Shown piece after piece: positions 24,119 to 37,400 of a stretch of 64,000 nucleotides of DNA. Below the pieces are notes generated by a model. The model was not told the DNA's origin. It searched no databases and worked only from the letters and a program-made list of their open reading frames with translations. Both the position numbers and the translations under genes were made by a program. Origin of the DNA: Antedon mediterranea (lineage: Eukaryota; Animalia; Echinodermata); the NCBI RefSeq assembly GCF_964355755.1, contig NC_092673.1, positions 29,013,648-29,077,647 of the forward strand, read 5' to 3'. Position 1 is the stretch's first letter, and the number at the start of each line of letters is the position of its first letter.

Positions 24119-27100
24119 CTATGTCAGCCATTGCTCGATACATTTGTCAAACACCATCTGGTTGTCATGCCAGGTTGTGTGCTCTACTCCAGGCACTGTG
24201 CATGTGTGGATTTGTCCGTTATTGTACATAGTTCGTAAACCAAATGAATCTTTTAAAAAGACCTAAGAATCAAATAAAAATGGTTAGTAACACATAATTA
24301 ATATAGGTTGTGATGTTATTATATATATATTCATTTTATTTTATATTTTGACTAGAAATCTAAAAAAGTAAACTTGTGTAAGTTTGACTAGAGGAGATGT
24401 TCCAAAATCATCTTTTAACTATTTAGGTTACTTTGGTTTAATAATGATAGCTGGACTGTATGATGAATACAGTATTAGGCCTATAAATAAGTTTTGATTC
24501 AATATTTCCACTGCACTTTAAGCCTTTTGATAAAATACAGTGAAAAATTATTAAATATTAATGTACAATACCTCTTGGCCTTGCATTTCAACCACAGACT
24601 CATTACCATCATAGTAACCAAACTGACTAAAAGACATAACAGTTTTAAAGTTGTATTAGGACTAAAAATTTGAAAAAATAAAATATAAAAATGGTATTAC
24701 ATTACTGTATCTAATGACTATGGATTTCAAAATGTGAGTACAGTTGTACACTGTATCATAGGCTATTCTTAACATTATGGATTTGGATTTCAGAGTGAGA
24801 AGATCTTTGTTCCTGCCACCAACATATAGGCCTAGCAGAGGGCAAACAAGCAGACTTCTTTGCTCCCCATTTTCACCCAATTTTTGCTCAGTCTTTCAAT
24901 AATATTGTTTTAAGTACACACAGTACCTTGATTGCCATGGGGTTATGACCCCATCATCCGGACCTCCAATCAAAACTACCTGCTTTATTTGAAGAAAGTT
25001 TTTCTTCCATTCTGAAAAAAAGTGAAATAAAATCCTTTTTTAATGTAATAAACATGTAGAAACATTACATAACTGCTTTAATAATTTATTTCTATGAAAT
25101 CTTCCTCAACAAGTTGTTATTATGTAAACCTCAAAATCAGGAAATGTTTGAGTATTTGAAGTGCTTGAATTGTTCTCTAGTTTCATAAGTATTTCATTCT
25201 GTAAGTGTCAGTTCTGGATAGTTGTACTTCCCCCTGACCGACAGACTGATGACCAGCAGACTGATGACCAACAGACTGATGACCAAATCTCAATGTTGAT
25301 ATACTTATTATTTCAATCAAGCCTTTATTTTTTTCTGTTTATCACAAAAAAAGTAAAATCTGGAATACATTATTTTTTCTAACTTACCGGAACTGTTTTG
25401 ATTTTCAGTTTCATTGTTTAGAATTGGTAGATAAATATTTTCTTTTAGGTATAATTCATGTTGATGTGGATCTGTAAATGAAATATACAAGTAATATTTT
25501 AAATCATGAAAAATATGGCATTCTGCGAAATGCTGCATGTTTTTTATAACATGAAATAAAATATTCTGTATAACCTTACCATTCCAATAGTTGCATACTG
25601 AGATTTTTTGACCCAGCTCTGTGTAACAAAATCTATTTAAAAGGAAGACAAATCAAGATAAAAATTACAACACAAAAAAACAGCAAACCTGCCACTGAAT
25701 TAGTTTTATCCCGCATGCCATGATTTGCTAGCCCTCCTAATGACCAACTTACTTGTAAATATCCTTTCTGTACATTGCTGGGAAATACTTGGTAAAAACA
25801 TCAGTTTCTGAAACGAAAACGAAAAATATAACTTTACAAATTTATATTTAATGTAATCATAATAATTAAAAAAAAAAAAACGTTTATCAGGTTATTTTAT
25901 TCGTTTGTACACTATAAATGAATGAAAACAATACATTACAAACAATAGTATCACATTTGTGTATATATGTTTGTCAATTGTACTTAGTCAATGTTCCTGG
26001 TATTGTAATATGACTTGTATCGTATTATAACAATATTTTTCATAATGAAAACTTACCACCATATTGTCCGAGTAAAGGACAGGATAAGCTAATAAAGTTG
26101 TGGATCTGATGGTTTGGTAATGTCGCGATTACACCACGGCAAATAGCACCACCTATAGATGAAAAAAAAAAACCATTCTATCATTTTTGCTATTTAATTG
26201 TGTATACGTCCTTCAGAAAGGACAAAAAGAAGTTGGTTATATGATGAACTTTCTCTGCCATTTCACTTATCACAAACAAAATAAATGGTTAAATTCAATG
26301 AAAACCTTGACTATATTTTGCTTTATGAATTACAGTTTTATAGGTAAATATATTTTTTTTAGATCCAATTTTTGGTCAAAGTGGATAACTATTAGGTGAC
26401 ATTAAAATGGCATATTCAACAAAAAAATGTTGAAGAATTATTTTTCAGGGGGACAATACATCATTAAGGGAGGAATTAGTTTTAACTTACCCTGTGAGTA
26501 ACATAAAAGGTGTATTCCTTGCGGACTGCTGTCTACAACAGCTTTCATATCACTCCGAAATTTATCGACTTGCTGCCACAAGGAAGTTAGACTCTCGGTC
26601 CCGTCGTACTCATTGATAATGGTGATGTTTGTTCCTGGGTGAGCCTGTTGAAATATGTTATTAGTATTGTTGATTAACTGGGCTTTGAAAACAGATACCC
26701 CAGGACCAAAATAAACCATTTTTTTTATCAATATTTCAAACTCTTTTGCCAACTGAACTACTGTGAGTCATTTTGTACTCAGAATTTGAAAATCTAAAAA
26801 AAAAATATGGTGTATGAACTCAGGAAAATTGTAATTATTTTGACTGTTTGTTACCAGTTGAAATGCAATAACAACACTTTAACATAAATAAATAAATAAA
26901 ACAATCTTGCTTTTAATTTACCCCTATTCAGTTGATACATTTAACCCCCATTAAGAGACACTTTTCCAAGTAACAAACGAAGGGAAATCTATTCAGAGGC
27001 AGCCTTATTAAGGAACACCTTGTTGGACCATAGATGTCCTCTTAATAGGTGTTATACTATACCTTGGTAACCATTTGAACAAATCCATCAAAATGAGATG

Positions 27101-27200
27101 GGTCAGACAATATTCCATGAACAATCACCAATGGTTTGTAGCCACAGACTTGACCGATGAGAAGGACAGTAGCGAAAAAAAATATCAACTTCACCATCAT
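24119..27200 (-). CDS. PPT2: Lysosomal thioesterase PPT2, 9 coding exons, 287 aa
   Basis: Exons 27200-27063, 26644-26491, 26152-26057, 25807-25753, 25632-25580, 25471-25388, 25011-24927, 24626-24572 and 24262-24119 are in phase. Motifs: signal peptide, [16 protein letters not shown] (catalytic Ser), [16 protein letters not shown] (Asp), GVEHTTW (His) and C-terminus CIEQWLT*. Confidence 0.95.
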
Positions 27201-28179
27201 TTTTTACTTTATGATCTGGAAAAAATATTTACAAATTTACAAATAAGAAATTACTACAAAAAACTACCAGCACAAAGTCAGACACTATGGTGATTGTTAC
27301 TTGAAAATATCAATTTACTGTAATAGTAATTTAAGCATCATACTCCTGGTAGGAATAATTATTCCCATAAAGAATTGATGCTACAGTTTATCACCATTAC
27401 TGTAGTTAAACAATTATGGTACTAAAAAGTTACAGAATTCAAATCTCAAAGCTCTGCACTATCAAACTTTATGTGACAAAAAATATGATGTGCCCATATA
27501 TGGATATGATGATGTCATATTACTACCATATTTAGGCACATCACACTTTTTTGTCACACTAGTGTGATAGTGTAGACAGAGCAATTAAGATTACACTCTT
27601 AAGCTATTTTAATACAACAGTACCAATACTTACGGAGGTTTGTATAACGTTACCAGTATATAATTGTATCTGAATTTGTATGACTCAAAACTATGCGCAG
27701 TTTCTACCTCATCTACAGTAAGAAACAACTTGGACAAGTTAACATAGATTTGATACTAGATGATGATTCACTAGAAATCGAGATCTGTAGACCATGTCTA
27801 AACTTCCTTCCTTGTAAAGGTATTATTATGGTATAGGGTTTAATTTCTTTACTTCCTTAATATAAATCTTTTAGGGACTTTTTAGAAACCATCCCACAAT
27901 CATTTTGTTTGCTACATTGTTCATTCTTTTTTCATTATTTTTTCATTATTTTGGATGAATAAAGTAAGTATACATAATCCTTAATGTTTTGTCAATGATC
28001 ATAAAAAGGGTGATTGATTACTTCTTACAGATATCGAAATACAAACAATACAAATAAATATCATTTTCATTTCACTAACCAACAATGGAATGGAAAGTGA
28101 AACTATATGGCCAGGCCACCATAACGAGGTTTAACTGTTTCCGCTTAACCCCGCCCCCCATGGGGATTCATACCACTTA

Positions 28180-28540
28180 CAAACCCATCTCTACTCAGTC
28201 AGTCTAGTCCCCCTATAGTAGCAGGGCCTAAATTGGCCTAACTAGCTAGGCCTAGCCTAGGCCTATATAGTCGAAAACTATGAATTATATAAAAATGTAT
28301 GAAATTAAAACAAATCAAACCTTTATTAGATTACACCTAAACAGTAACATGCTTTTAGTATGGCTTGTGACTAATTTTTGAAACAGAATTATTTTAGATT
28401 TCTCTTCAACTTTATGTTTGTTATTGTTTGAAGTCATTCATGCGAATCATGAAAGGTGAATTTTAAAGTATTGTAGATGGCGCTATTTGAAATTCCAACA
28501 AAACACACGTACACACGCACCCTCTCCGTAACACCGTAAG
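28180..28540. promoter_or_regulatory. Probable bidirectional promoter shared by PPT2 and UBL5
   Basis: The genes are divergent. There is a minus-strand GTAAGT donor at 28175-28180, a plus-strand GTAAGT donor at 28536, TAGATGGCGCTA at 28474 and flanking AGGCCT clusters. Confidence 0.6.
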
Positions 28541-29177
28541 TAAAATGAAATTATAATTCAGATTTAATTAGTCTGTTGATCATAGTTTGATGGCATGTTT
28601 AGTTACTGTAATAATAGAGTTAAGGTAGAATAGATTGGATTTCTGAAAAACGACAACTCATTTTTAATTTTAACGAAAATCATTGATAATATAAGCTAGG
28701 CCTATAGACCCATTACTCGCGTAGTAGTGGGCAGTGTAAAGCCAAGCCGACGTATGGCAATTCAAGCCGATTTTATTGGTGGATACTCGTCGGTTTAGGC
28801 ATCCATGTGTAGCCTAGCCACTACTGAACTGTAGTACAACTCACTAGATAGGCCTAGATGCTTGTTAATTAATTTAGTAAATTAGAACACCTGGTAATAA
28901 TATATAAGTAAATTCAAAATAATACTAATCTATTTTAAGATTTTAATTGAATTATTTTCACTGTACTCAAATAACATACTCTTCTTCCACAAAAATTATG
29001 CAGCAGCTGTATTGATATCGTTAGTGGCTGTAAACAATGTATTATTATTAGGCATAAATACATTAATTAAAGTAAATGCCTATTTATATACAGTAGTATA
29101 GTAATCAAGAAACGAATCTTATAATAAGACAAATTACTTTTCAGGTCCTGCAACAATTCCTGATACACAAAAGCAAG

Positions 29178-30001
29178 ATGATTGAGGTGACCTGCAATGA
29201 CCGATTGGGCAAGAAGGTCCGAGTTAAGTGCAAGTATCCTTTAAGCACAATGTACAAATGCAATGCTGACCTCTTCCTCCAAGTCTCCTGATCATGATCA
29301 CAAGTGGTTCCCAATATTTCTAATTGTCCTACTGTTATATTTTTCCCGATTATTTCTGATATGGAAAATATTCTGATACAGTAAATGTATAAATTTATTA
29401 ACTTTAAGCTCTTTACTACTGCTACTAATAGATTTAGGTTGAACTAAAAAGACGAAAACTGCATTTTCTGCCTGTCTCATTAGAAAACCACTGGTAACAT
29501 TTTCCAAGCTTTGTATTCAGTCTCTTTGTAAACATTTCTTATAACAGAAAGTCTGTTTTTAATCCTTAATTTTGTTTACCAGCGGTTCAGACACAATAGG
29601 AGATTTAAAGAAGATAGTTGCAGCTCAGACTGGTACAAAATGGGACAGAATAGTTATCAAGAAATGGTATACAGTGTACAAGAATCACATCTCATTAGAT
29701 GACTGTATCCTTATTGTATTATAAGAATCATTACAACCGGCATCATCATTGTTAATCTCTGTCTACACTATCAAACCTTATGTGACAAAAATGTGATGAT
29801 GATGACGTCATATCACCCTTCTCCCTTCATTCAAATATGACTTAATTTATGCACGCATATGTTGGTTGGTTGGACAATTAATTTGTTAGTATTATTAATT
29901 TATTCAGTGTTATTTCATGCCATTATCAACGTTTTTTCCTCAATATCTAAAAATCAGATGAAATTCATGATGGAATGAATCTTGAACTTTACTATCAGTG
30001 A
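29178..30001 (+). CDS. UBL5: Ubiquitin-like protein 5 (Hub1), 73 aa, both coding introns U12-type
   Basis: Exons 29178-29233, 29583-29704 and 29958-30001 give [73 protein letters not shown]. It is absent from the ORF track. Confidence 0.98.
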
Positions 30002-31449
30002 TGTCATAATCATAACGTAACAAAGACACACCCTGCACACAAACTTTTTATGCAGAGAATATTTGACTCATGTGGCCTTCCATACAAAAGTCCAACTAAA
30101 GTATAGAAGGTAGGCTCTTTGTACAGAGGATAGAGGGAATCAATACCTGGTAATTGATTTATTACAAAATTTGAGGACTGATGCATACCAGGTACCAAAT
30201 AGAGATATTAGTGTATCAAAATGTGTAGTCTAAGAGCACTGTTTCAATAATTTGACAGTATAGTCTAAGATATTGATATATTCGCTGGAAATTGAACTCC
30301 AGAACGTTCTCTGGAATGATGATGGTTGCCTAATTTCCCAGCATATTCAGTAATGGAAATGCTAGTGTCTTTAGTTGTACAGTGTTTGTTGCATTTTACA
30401 GTAGATTACACTTTCCCCAGAAATTAGAAAACACAATTTATTTTCAATATTTGTTGTTTTTTTAAAGAAACCACTTTAATTATTTTGTAGTCGAAAAAAG
30501 GAAAGAAGAAAAGTCAGTAACTAAAATTCTTAAATTTATTCATATTTTCAAGAAATGTTTTATTATACATAAATTTATTGCATTTTGTTATATTATTGTT
30601 ATTTGTATGTACATTTATTGCTTGTTGATCATGAGTTGTACTCAACACTAATGTATAAATAAAAATTAAAACATTTTTTAAATTAAATATAAAATGATTA
30701 TCTTTGTTAAAATAATCATGGAAGATGAACGTCAACTGCCAACGGTATAAGAAGCAAAATATATTACACAGTACAACCCCTCATTTGGGACACCTATATA
30801 AAGGCGACATTTTCACATGAAATAAACAAGAGACAATGTGAATAAATCATTTTGTTTGACAAAATGATTTTATTTATTATCTACAATCCTACAAAATGCA
30901 CTTATTCACGGATATTAAGAGACAATGTGTTTAATTACAAACCCTATTCATAAGACACTCCTAGTAGACAAGAGACAATAATATGTTTAAAAACTAGGTC
31001 AATCCCTAATATATAATGGTTTGTCTTTGGTTTATAAATGGAAATTATTTAAATTAATAATTTACAGCGTTTGAAATGGGTTAGCGAAAAAACCCATTGG
31101 TAAAATTAAAAATCTGTAATCAAAGTTGATATTTATATCATAATAAGGCGCACATCCTGAAGTAACTACACAACGCGAATCGAGACGTGATAAGTGACGA
31201 AAATGAATCAACTACTGTGTTTTTAAATTTACATTTCGCGGGATACCTTAGATAAATAGGGTAGGTTTTCCAGACGATTATTTCCATAAAATATGTTGCA
31301 TGGTGCCCGTCAATCTTAAAATTACATTTTGTTTATATATAGATACAATTATTAAATCTATTTTCGAAAGTGTTTTTACAGTTAGATAAATCACTTTTTT
31401 AGCCCACTACAACAGCTGTCTTTGGTATATTCCTCCGCCACTGTCCGTT

Positions 31450-34400
31450 TCAACTTGATTTAAACATATCACAAAGCAATCGTTCGATAGGTACGCTACC
31501 GATTGTTCTACGGAAAAATAGTTCTTCGATTGTTTTTGATTTGATGGCTCTTATGGATGGTAGTAGGAGGAGAAGCTTTCCGAAGCGGACATTGTGTGCA
31601 AGCGATCGGCAGTTTATGTACTCTGACAGGATTAGCTGAGATTGATCCTGTATGGCTTCGACTTGAGCTGGTTGTCGCAACCCTCGAATATCTGGCGAAT
31701 ATAAAAATATTAACATTGAATGTGTCATAATAACGCCAACAGAGGACCTAAGTTCTCAATGCATTTATGTATTTTGTTGGGAAGAATTTCTAAAATAGAT
31801 TATCTTACAAAAGAATTATGGCATTTATAAATATCAGACATTGAGTTTTGGTTCCTTTGGAACCATTGCACTCAAGTAGGTGGATGTATGTGCGTCCCGT
31901 TTTCCGTACGTGCGTATTTTGTACGTACTCGGTGGTTTGTTGTGTGTTGGGAAGAATTTCTAAAATAGATTATCTTACAAAAAAATTATGGCATTTATAA
32001 ATATCAGACATTGAGTTTTGGTTCCTTTGGAACCATTGTACTCAAGTAGGCGGATGTATGTGTGTCCCGATGTGCGTACGTGCGTATTTTGTACGTACTC
32101 GGTGGTTTGTTGAGTTGTGGTGTGTTGTTGCGATTGATCGATCACATGCAGGTGATGACCAATGGGAATGGTCCTCCTTAGTGGACAACAGAAACAAGTA
32201 AATATACGTACCACTCTTGAAAAGGACAATTGCTTTGAGACACGCGAACTCTGCTGGGTCGACTCGCATGTGTTTTAGGCGCGCCATAACATCTTGCATA
32301 AGTCTGATATCGGCAAGTACTTCTAAATTTTCACCCAATTCTAATTTGGCTAGAAATCCTGGTGATGCGATAGCCATACCTGCAAATAAAACCAAAGAAT
32401 GTTGTTAGATTGGTCTAGGTAGTTCCGTAGAAGTATCATTATTGCCATCGCTCTCGGTAGGATCTGTATTTTTATGTAAAGTGTCATTTTATTCCATCAA
32501 GGCCAATTTACGCAGACGAGCGGTAACGGTAAGAAAAAAAAAAAGAAAAATCGCGTAGCCGATCTGTATCTATCCTAAAGCGTGGTTCCCACTAGAACGC
32601 AACGCAGCAACTTATCGACGCAAAGTGGTGTATTGCGTAATCACAAGTGGGAACCGACGACGCAATAGTGCTGCAAACATCTAAGGTTTGATTTCACGCA
32701 GGCGGGGGCAAACACAATGATTGGAAGGGCATTTTCTTACGTTGCGTCGCAAGTGGGAACCAAGCTTTCACTTGCAACCTACGCAACGTAAATAAATGCC
32801 CTTCCAATAATTGTGTTTTCCCCGGCTGCGTGAAATCAAACCGGCGAGTTTTGCAGCACTGTTGCGTCGTCGGTTCCCATTTGTGATTACGCAATACATC
32901 ACTTTGCGTTGCGTTCTAGTGGGAACCACGCCCTCTCACCTACAGTAAACATAAAATGATGGAATCGGATAATAATGATTAGATACGAAATAAATAGAAC
33001 CAGAGAAGAGTAAATTTCACTCTTGATAAAAACCGTCCGCTCCGCGTTTTGTGTAAATGGTCAGAAATAATAACATAGATTCTATATTATGTTTTTACCG
33101 TCACCACTCGTCTGTGTAAATTAACCTCTACATGGTTTCGTAGCCTTTGATAATTGTGTAATACTAACCAAGATCTAACGGAACACACCACTGCGAAGCA
33201 CTCAGGATAAACAGTTCACTCCAAGTTTCCTCCAATAAGATTGCTTGGTCCCGGAAAGGAAGTGACAGGAATGAGGGTATACCACGGGCCCACTTGACTG
33301 TCATGAATAAGACCCTAGCGGCAGCTTCGTAGACATTCTCTGTCGGATTGACAAACAGTACATCACCGTTCACCCTCTCACCTACAGTAAACAAACAAAA
33401 TGATGGAATCAGATAATACTGATTAGATACGAGATAAATAGAAGCAGGAAAGAGTGAAATTGTAATTGTAATTTCACTCTTGATAGAACATTGATTGAGC
33501 ATAATGTACCGTTAGTGCGAAAGTTAAGGTGAGACTAGACAACGACTACGACTAGTGGCAGATCTAGGATTTTGAAATAGAGCCAAACACTATACAGTAC
33601 CATAAATTGGTGAAATGATCTGTCATGACTTTTACACTATTCCAAATGTAGGGATTGAATCTGCCTCCTGTGATGACGGACAATGTTTAATGCTTTACTA
33701 ATAAAATAAAAATCATATTTTACCAAGATTGTCGTTGCCTTGTTGACCAGTAGGTTGCCCGGTTTTGATCTCCAGGCGTGGTTCAGCTTGTATGAGACTT
33801 GTGAAGAACCCGTTGCTACGAACATCAGTTGCCGATGGTGGAGGCAAGCGGGCTACGTATTCAGGGGTGACTGGGGTAAAGCCGGATCGTCTTGGATCCT
33901 CACGTTGGAGAGCTCTGTATTGGTCTTCTTTGGTCGGGCTTAGGCCTACTGAATCTTCAGAATTTGGACTTTCTCGTCTGAACTGGTAACACCGCGGTGC
34001 TCTTTCATGTTGCACGGCTGTAATTAAGACATAAAATTACGATTGCATATCGGCCTACAGTAGGAAACTTAAACTGGAACATTTTAGAAAGTTTCCATAA
34101 GATTGAAGCTTGGTTCCAACTAGGACGCAACGAAAGGACGTAGCGTAGACAACGCAAACGAATTGACCAATGACAAGCGACAGTCGAATAAATCCATCGC
34201 TTGTGATTGGTCAAATCCCTTTACTCGTTGTATTGCGTCTATAGTGGAAACCAAGCATTACAGCTTGGTTTCCAGTAGGACGCAACTCAAGGACGTAAAC
34301 GCAACTCAAGCATGTTGACCAATGACAAGTGGCAGTTCGAATAATCCATCGCTTGTGATTGGTCAACTCATGCGTTGCGTTACGTCCTTGTGTTGCGTCT

Positions 34401-37400
34401 CTAGTGGGAACCAAGCTTTACCGACCATTACGTACGCAAGAAAGACAAAATCTATTTTTAACTACTGTATTGTATAATATTTATTTTCTCCATGATCGAA
34501 GATACGACGAAGCAAACTGATCAATATAAGCATTTTAGTATTGAAAGGTGTGGCTGGATACTGTCGATTATTAGATAATTAAAAGCTCATCTAAAAGTTA
34601 ATAACCGTTATGTTTGATGTCTGGAATAATTAACCTGAAATTCATGACGTGACGTATATCATGGTTGATTTTTCAACCTTGATTGCGAATGACTGCACTT
34701 GAACTATTCGACATAAAACAATTACATACGATCAGCACACTTCAAGAACCAATTGATTTTCTGTATTTGGTATTATCCAGTTGACTTATTCACGCATTTG
34801 TTAATGTATTATATGGTATTTAAAGATCGTAAAGTAAATCTATAAATAATATATCGGCAGTTATAAATAGAAAGGAAGATGAGTATAGTATGAGCGACAC
34901 CTTTACGGTAAGACTGTTCGGTATTTTAAGCGTGGTTTCTTTTGACGCAAAGAGCGCGTCGTGACGTAGACATACGCACAGCGCTTTGACTTAATCACGC
35001 GCAGCGCATTGACTAAATCACTACTACTACTACTAACTACAGTTCGGGTGAACCGTGTGAAAATGAAAACGTATTGAGCTTATAAATAAACCGAAAGTAG
35101 GCCTACAGGTTACATGCGGACATCGATACACTCTTTACATGGCGCGTATTACATATTAATGGGAACAGAACATATGTTGATATCCTAAGTGTTTTATACC
35201 CTAGATGTTAATGACTTTTAGACTTCAGTCTATCTTTATCACCGTATCAAGTTCAAATTGAAAGAGTAATTGATATTAAACCGGATTTGAAAATACGGTA
35301 CACCACTAACGTAACCAATCTTAACGTAATAATATATAAGCTTGGTTCCCACTTGGACCCAAGGACGTTGGCGCAAGGCAAGTGAGTTGACCAATAACAA
35401 GCGACAGTCGGATTATCTATCGCTTGTGATTGGTCAAACGTGTTGCGTCGCGTCTAGTGGAAACGTTACGTAACAATTTAAACGCCAACGACCAAACGTA
35501 AGTGTTGATGATATTTTTGACTTTGGAAAAGTTTTGTAATGTTAGGTTGAAACAAAGACATTAAGGATGTAAAAAATATATAAAAAAAATGTTTTAACTC
35601 ATAAAATGACAAATAAATGGTAAAATTTAACCAAAAACCCAATGGCTGGACCCATATTTGACCATTTTTTGCTTTAAATTACAGTTTTTCAGATAAATAC
35701 ATTTTTTTCGATCCAATTTTTGGTGAAAGTGGATAACTATTATGTTACATTAACGGCGTAAATTCAATGAACCCTATTTTTTGCTTTAAATTACAGTTTT
35801 ATAGGTAAATATATATTTTTGTCGATCCAATTGTTGGTGGTCAAAGTAGATAACTATTTGGTGACATTAAAATGATATATTTAACAAACAAATGTTGTTA
35901 AGAATTATTTTTTCAGGGGGACAATACATCTTTAAAGATCTTCGACTTAATATCACCTCTCTGGGCTGAACACTTCTTAAGCGTGGTTCCCACTAGAACG
36001 TAACGCAAGGACGTAAACGCAACGCAAGCGCTTTAACCACTGACAAGCGAAGTTATAGATAGTTAGCAATCACAAGCGAATAAGCCATCGCTTGTGATTG
36101 GTCAATTCACTTGCGTTGTGTTACGTCCTTGTGTTGCGTCGCTAGTGGGAACCACGCTTTAGTGAGTATTTTGACCTTTAAAGTGTTCTTAACCACACCC
36201 AACTATAAATCATCACGGTAATTGAACGATCATAATCTTAAATTGTAAAATTGATAGCTATCTTGCGTCATACTTTCTACATGACTTCATTATTATCGAC
36301 ACTTTATTGGAAGACCTCATCTTGACCCGTTTTTCACCCAGTCAATATATTTCTAGACGCATAAGTAATTTTAGACTCGAGATCTAAATATAGATACTAA
36401 AAATAGCTTTTAAAATGATGACGTTTATGGAATGGTTTAAAACTCGATTTATCGATTATTCCATCGCGTTTTTCGCTCTCAATTCCTAACGTGTTGTGTA
36501 GGCCTACGCCTAGACTACTTGCCCCAAGTCTGTATTATTGTCTTATTTATTTATTTTTTTTATTTCGATTTTTTTCTGTAAACGCCATATGTGCCAAAAT
36601 ATTTATCCTTTTACTAATATTAAATCAAAACTCCGTCTGGAACCCAGATTAGCCTACGCTAAAAACTTACCGGTGCCATACGAATTTTGAAATATATTAT
36701 GTAGTTTGCTTGGAAATGTCCTATTTGTCACATTACTTGCTACCATAGCCACCAAATGCATTTACGTCGTGAACATTCAATTATTGTGTGTGAATTGGCC
36801 TTAATTTAGTTTACATCGATAAGTTGCATTCACACAGTGAATTCAAGGACGAGAAGAACGGTGAGAGATTGTACATACTTGACTGACAATATTGAATGTG
36901 ATCAGACGGATCAAAAGAAATTATTGATATTATTCAATTGACATACTATAATGACAGAAATGAATTTTGAATGCATCCTCTAAATTTGAACTTAATAGAA
37001 TAGAAATTTAATTTGTAAAGGCCAACTCAGACAGCGTTGTACGACGAATTACAGTTCTCGCGACGAGCTAAAAACTACGCCCGACGCTATCTCAAGAGGA
37101 GTCGTCTTGTGTCGGGATTCAACTCGGACAGCACTGACACGAGTCGAGACGTTTCGAGTCGGGCCTGAGTTGGCCTTAAGACGTTATAGTCATTTGTTTT
37201 TATTTACACAAACATCACGTCGATTGTTACAATTCATCTAAAACTTAACCCATTTTCAAATTAGAAAGAATCGTTCTTATAAAAGCAAATATTTTTTGTT
37301 TCTAGCTGCATTATGAACTTATAATTTAAAAAAAAACCGCCCAGAAACACGTTTTGGTATTTAACATGTTTCGCGCGACAATGTGAACCAAAACTGAAAA

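Noticed and set aside
25760-25768. TATCCTTT resembling a U12 donor
   Set aside because: It is on the non-coding strand of a PPT2 exon, so it is coincidental.
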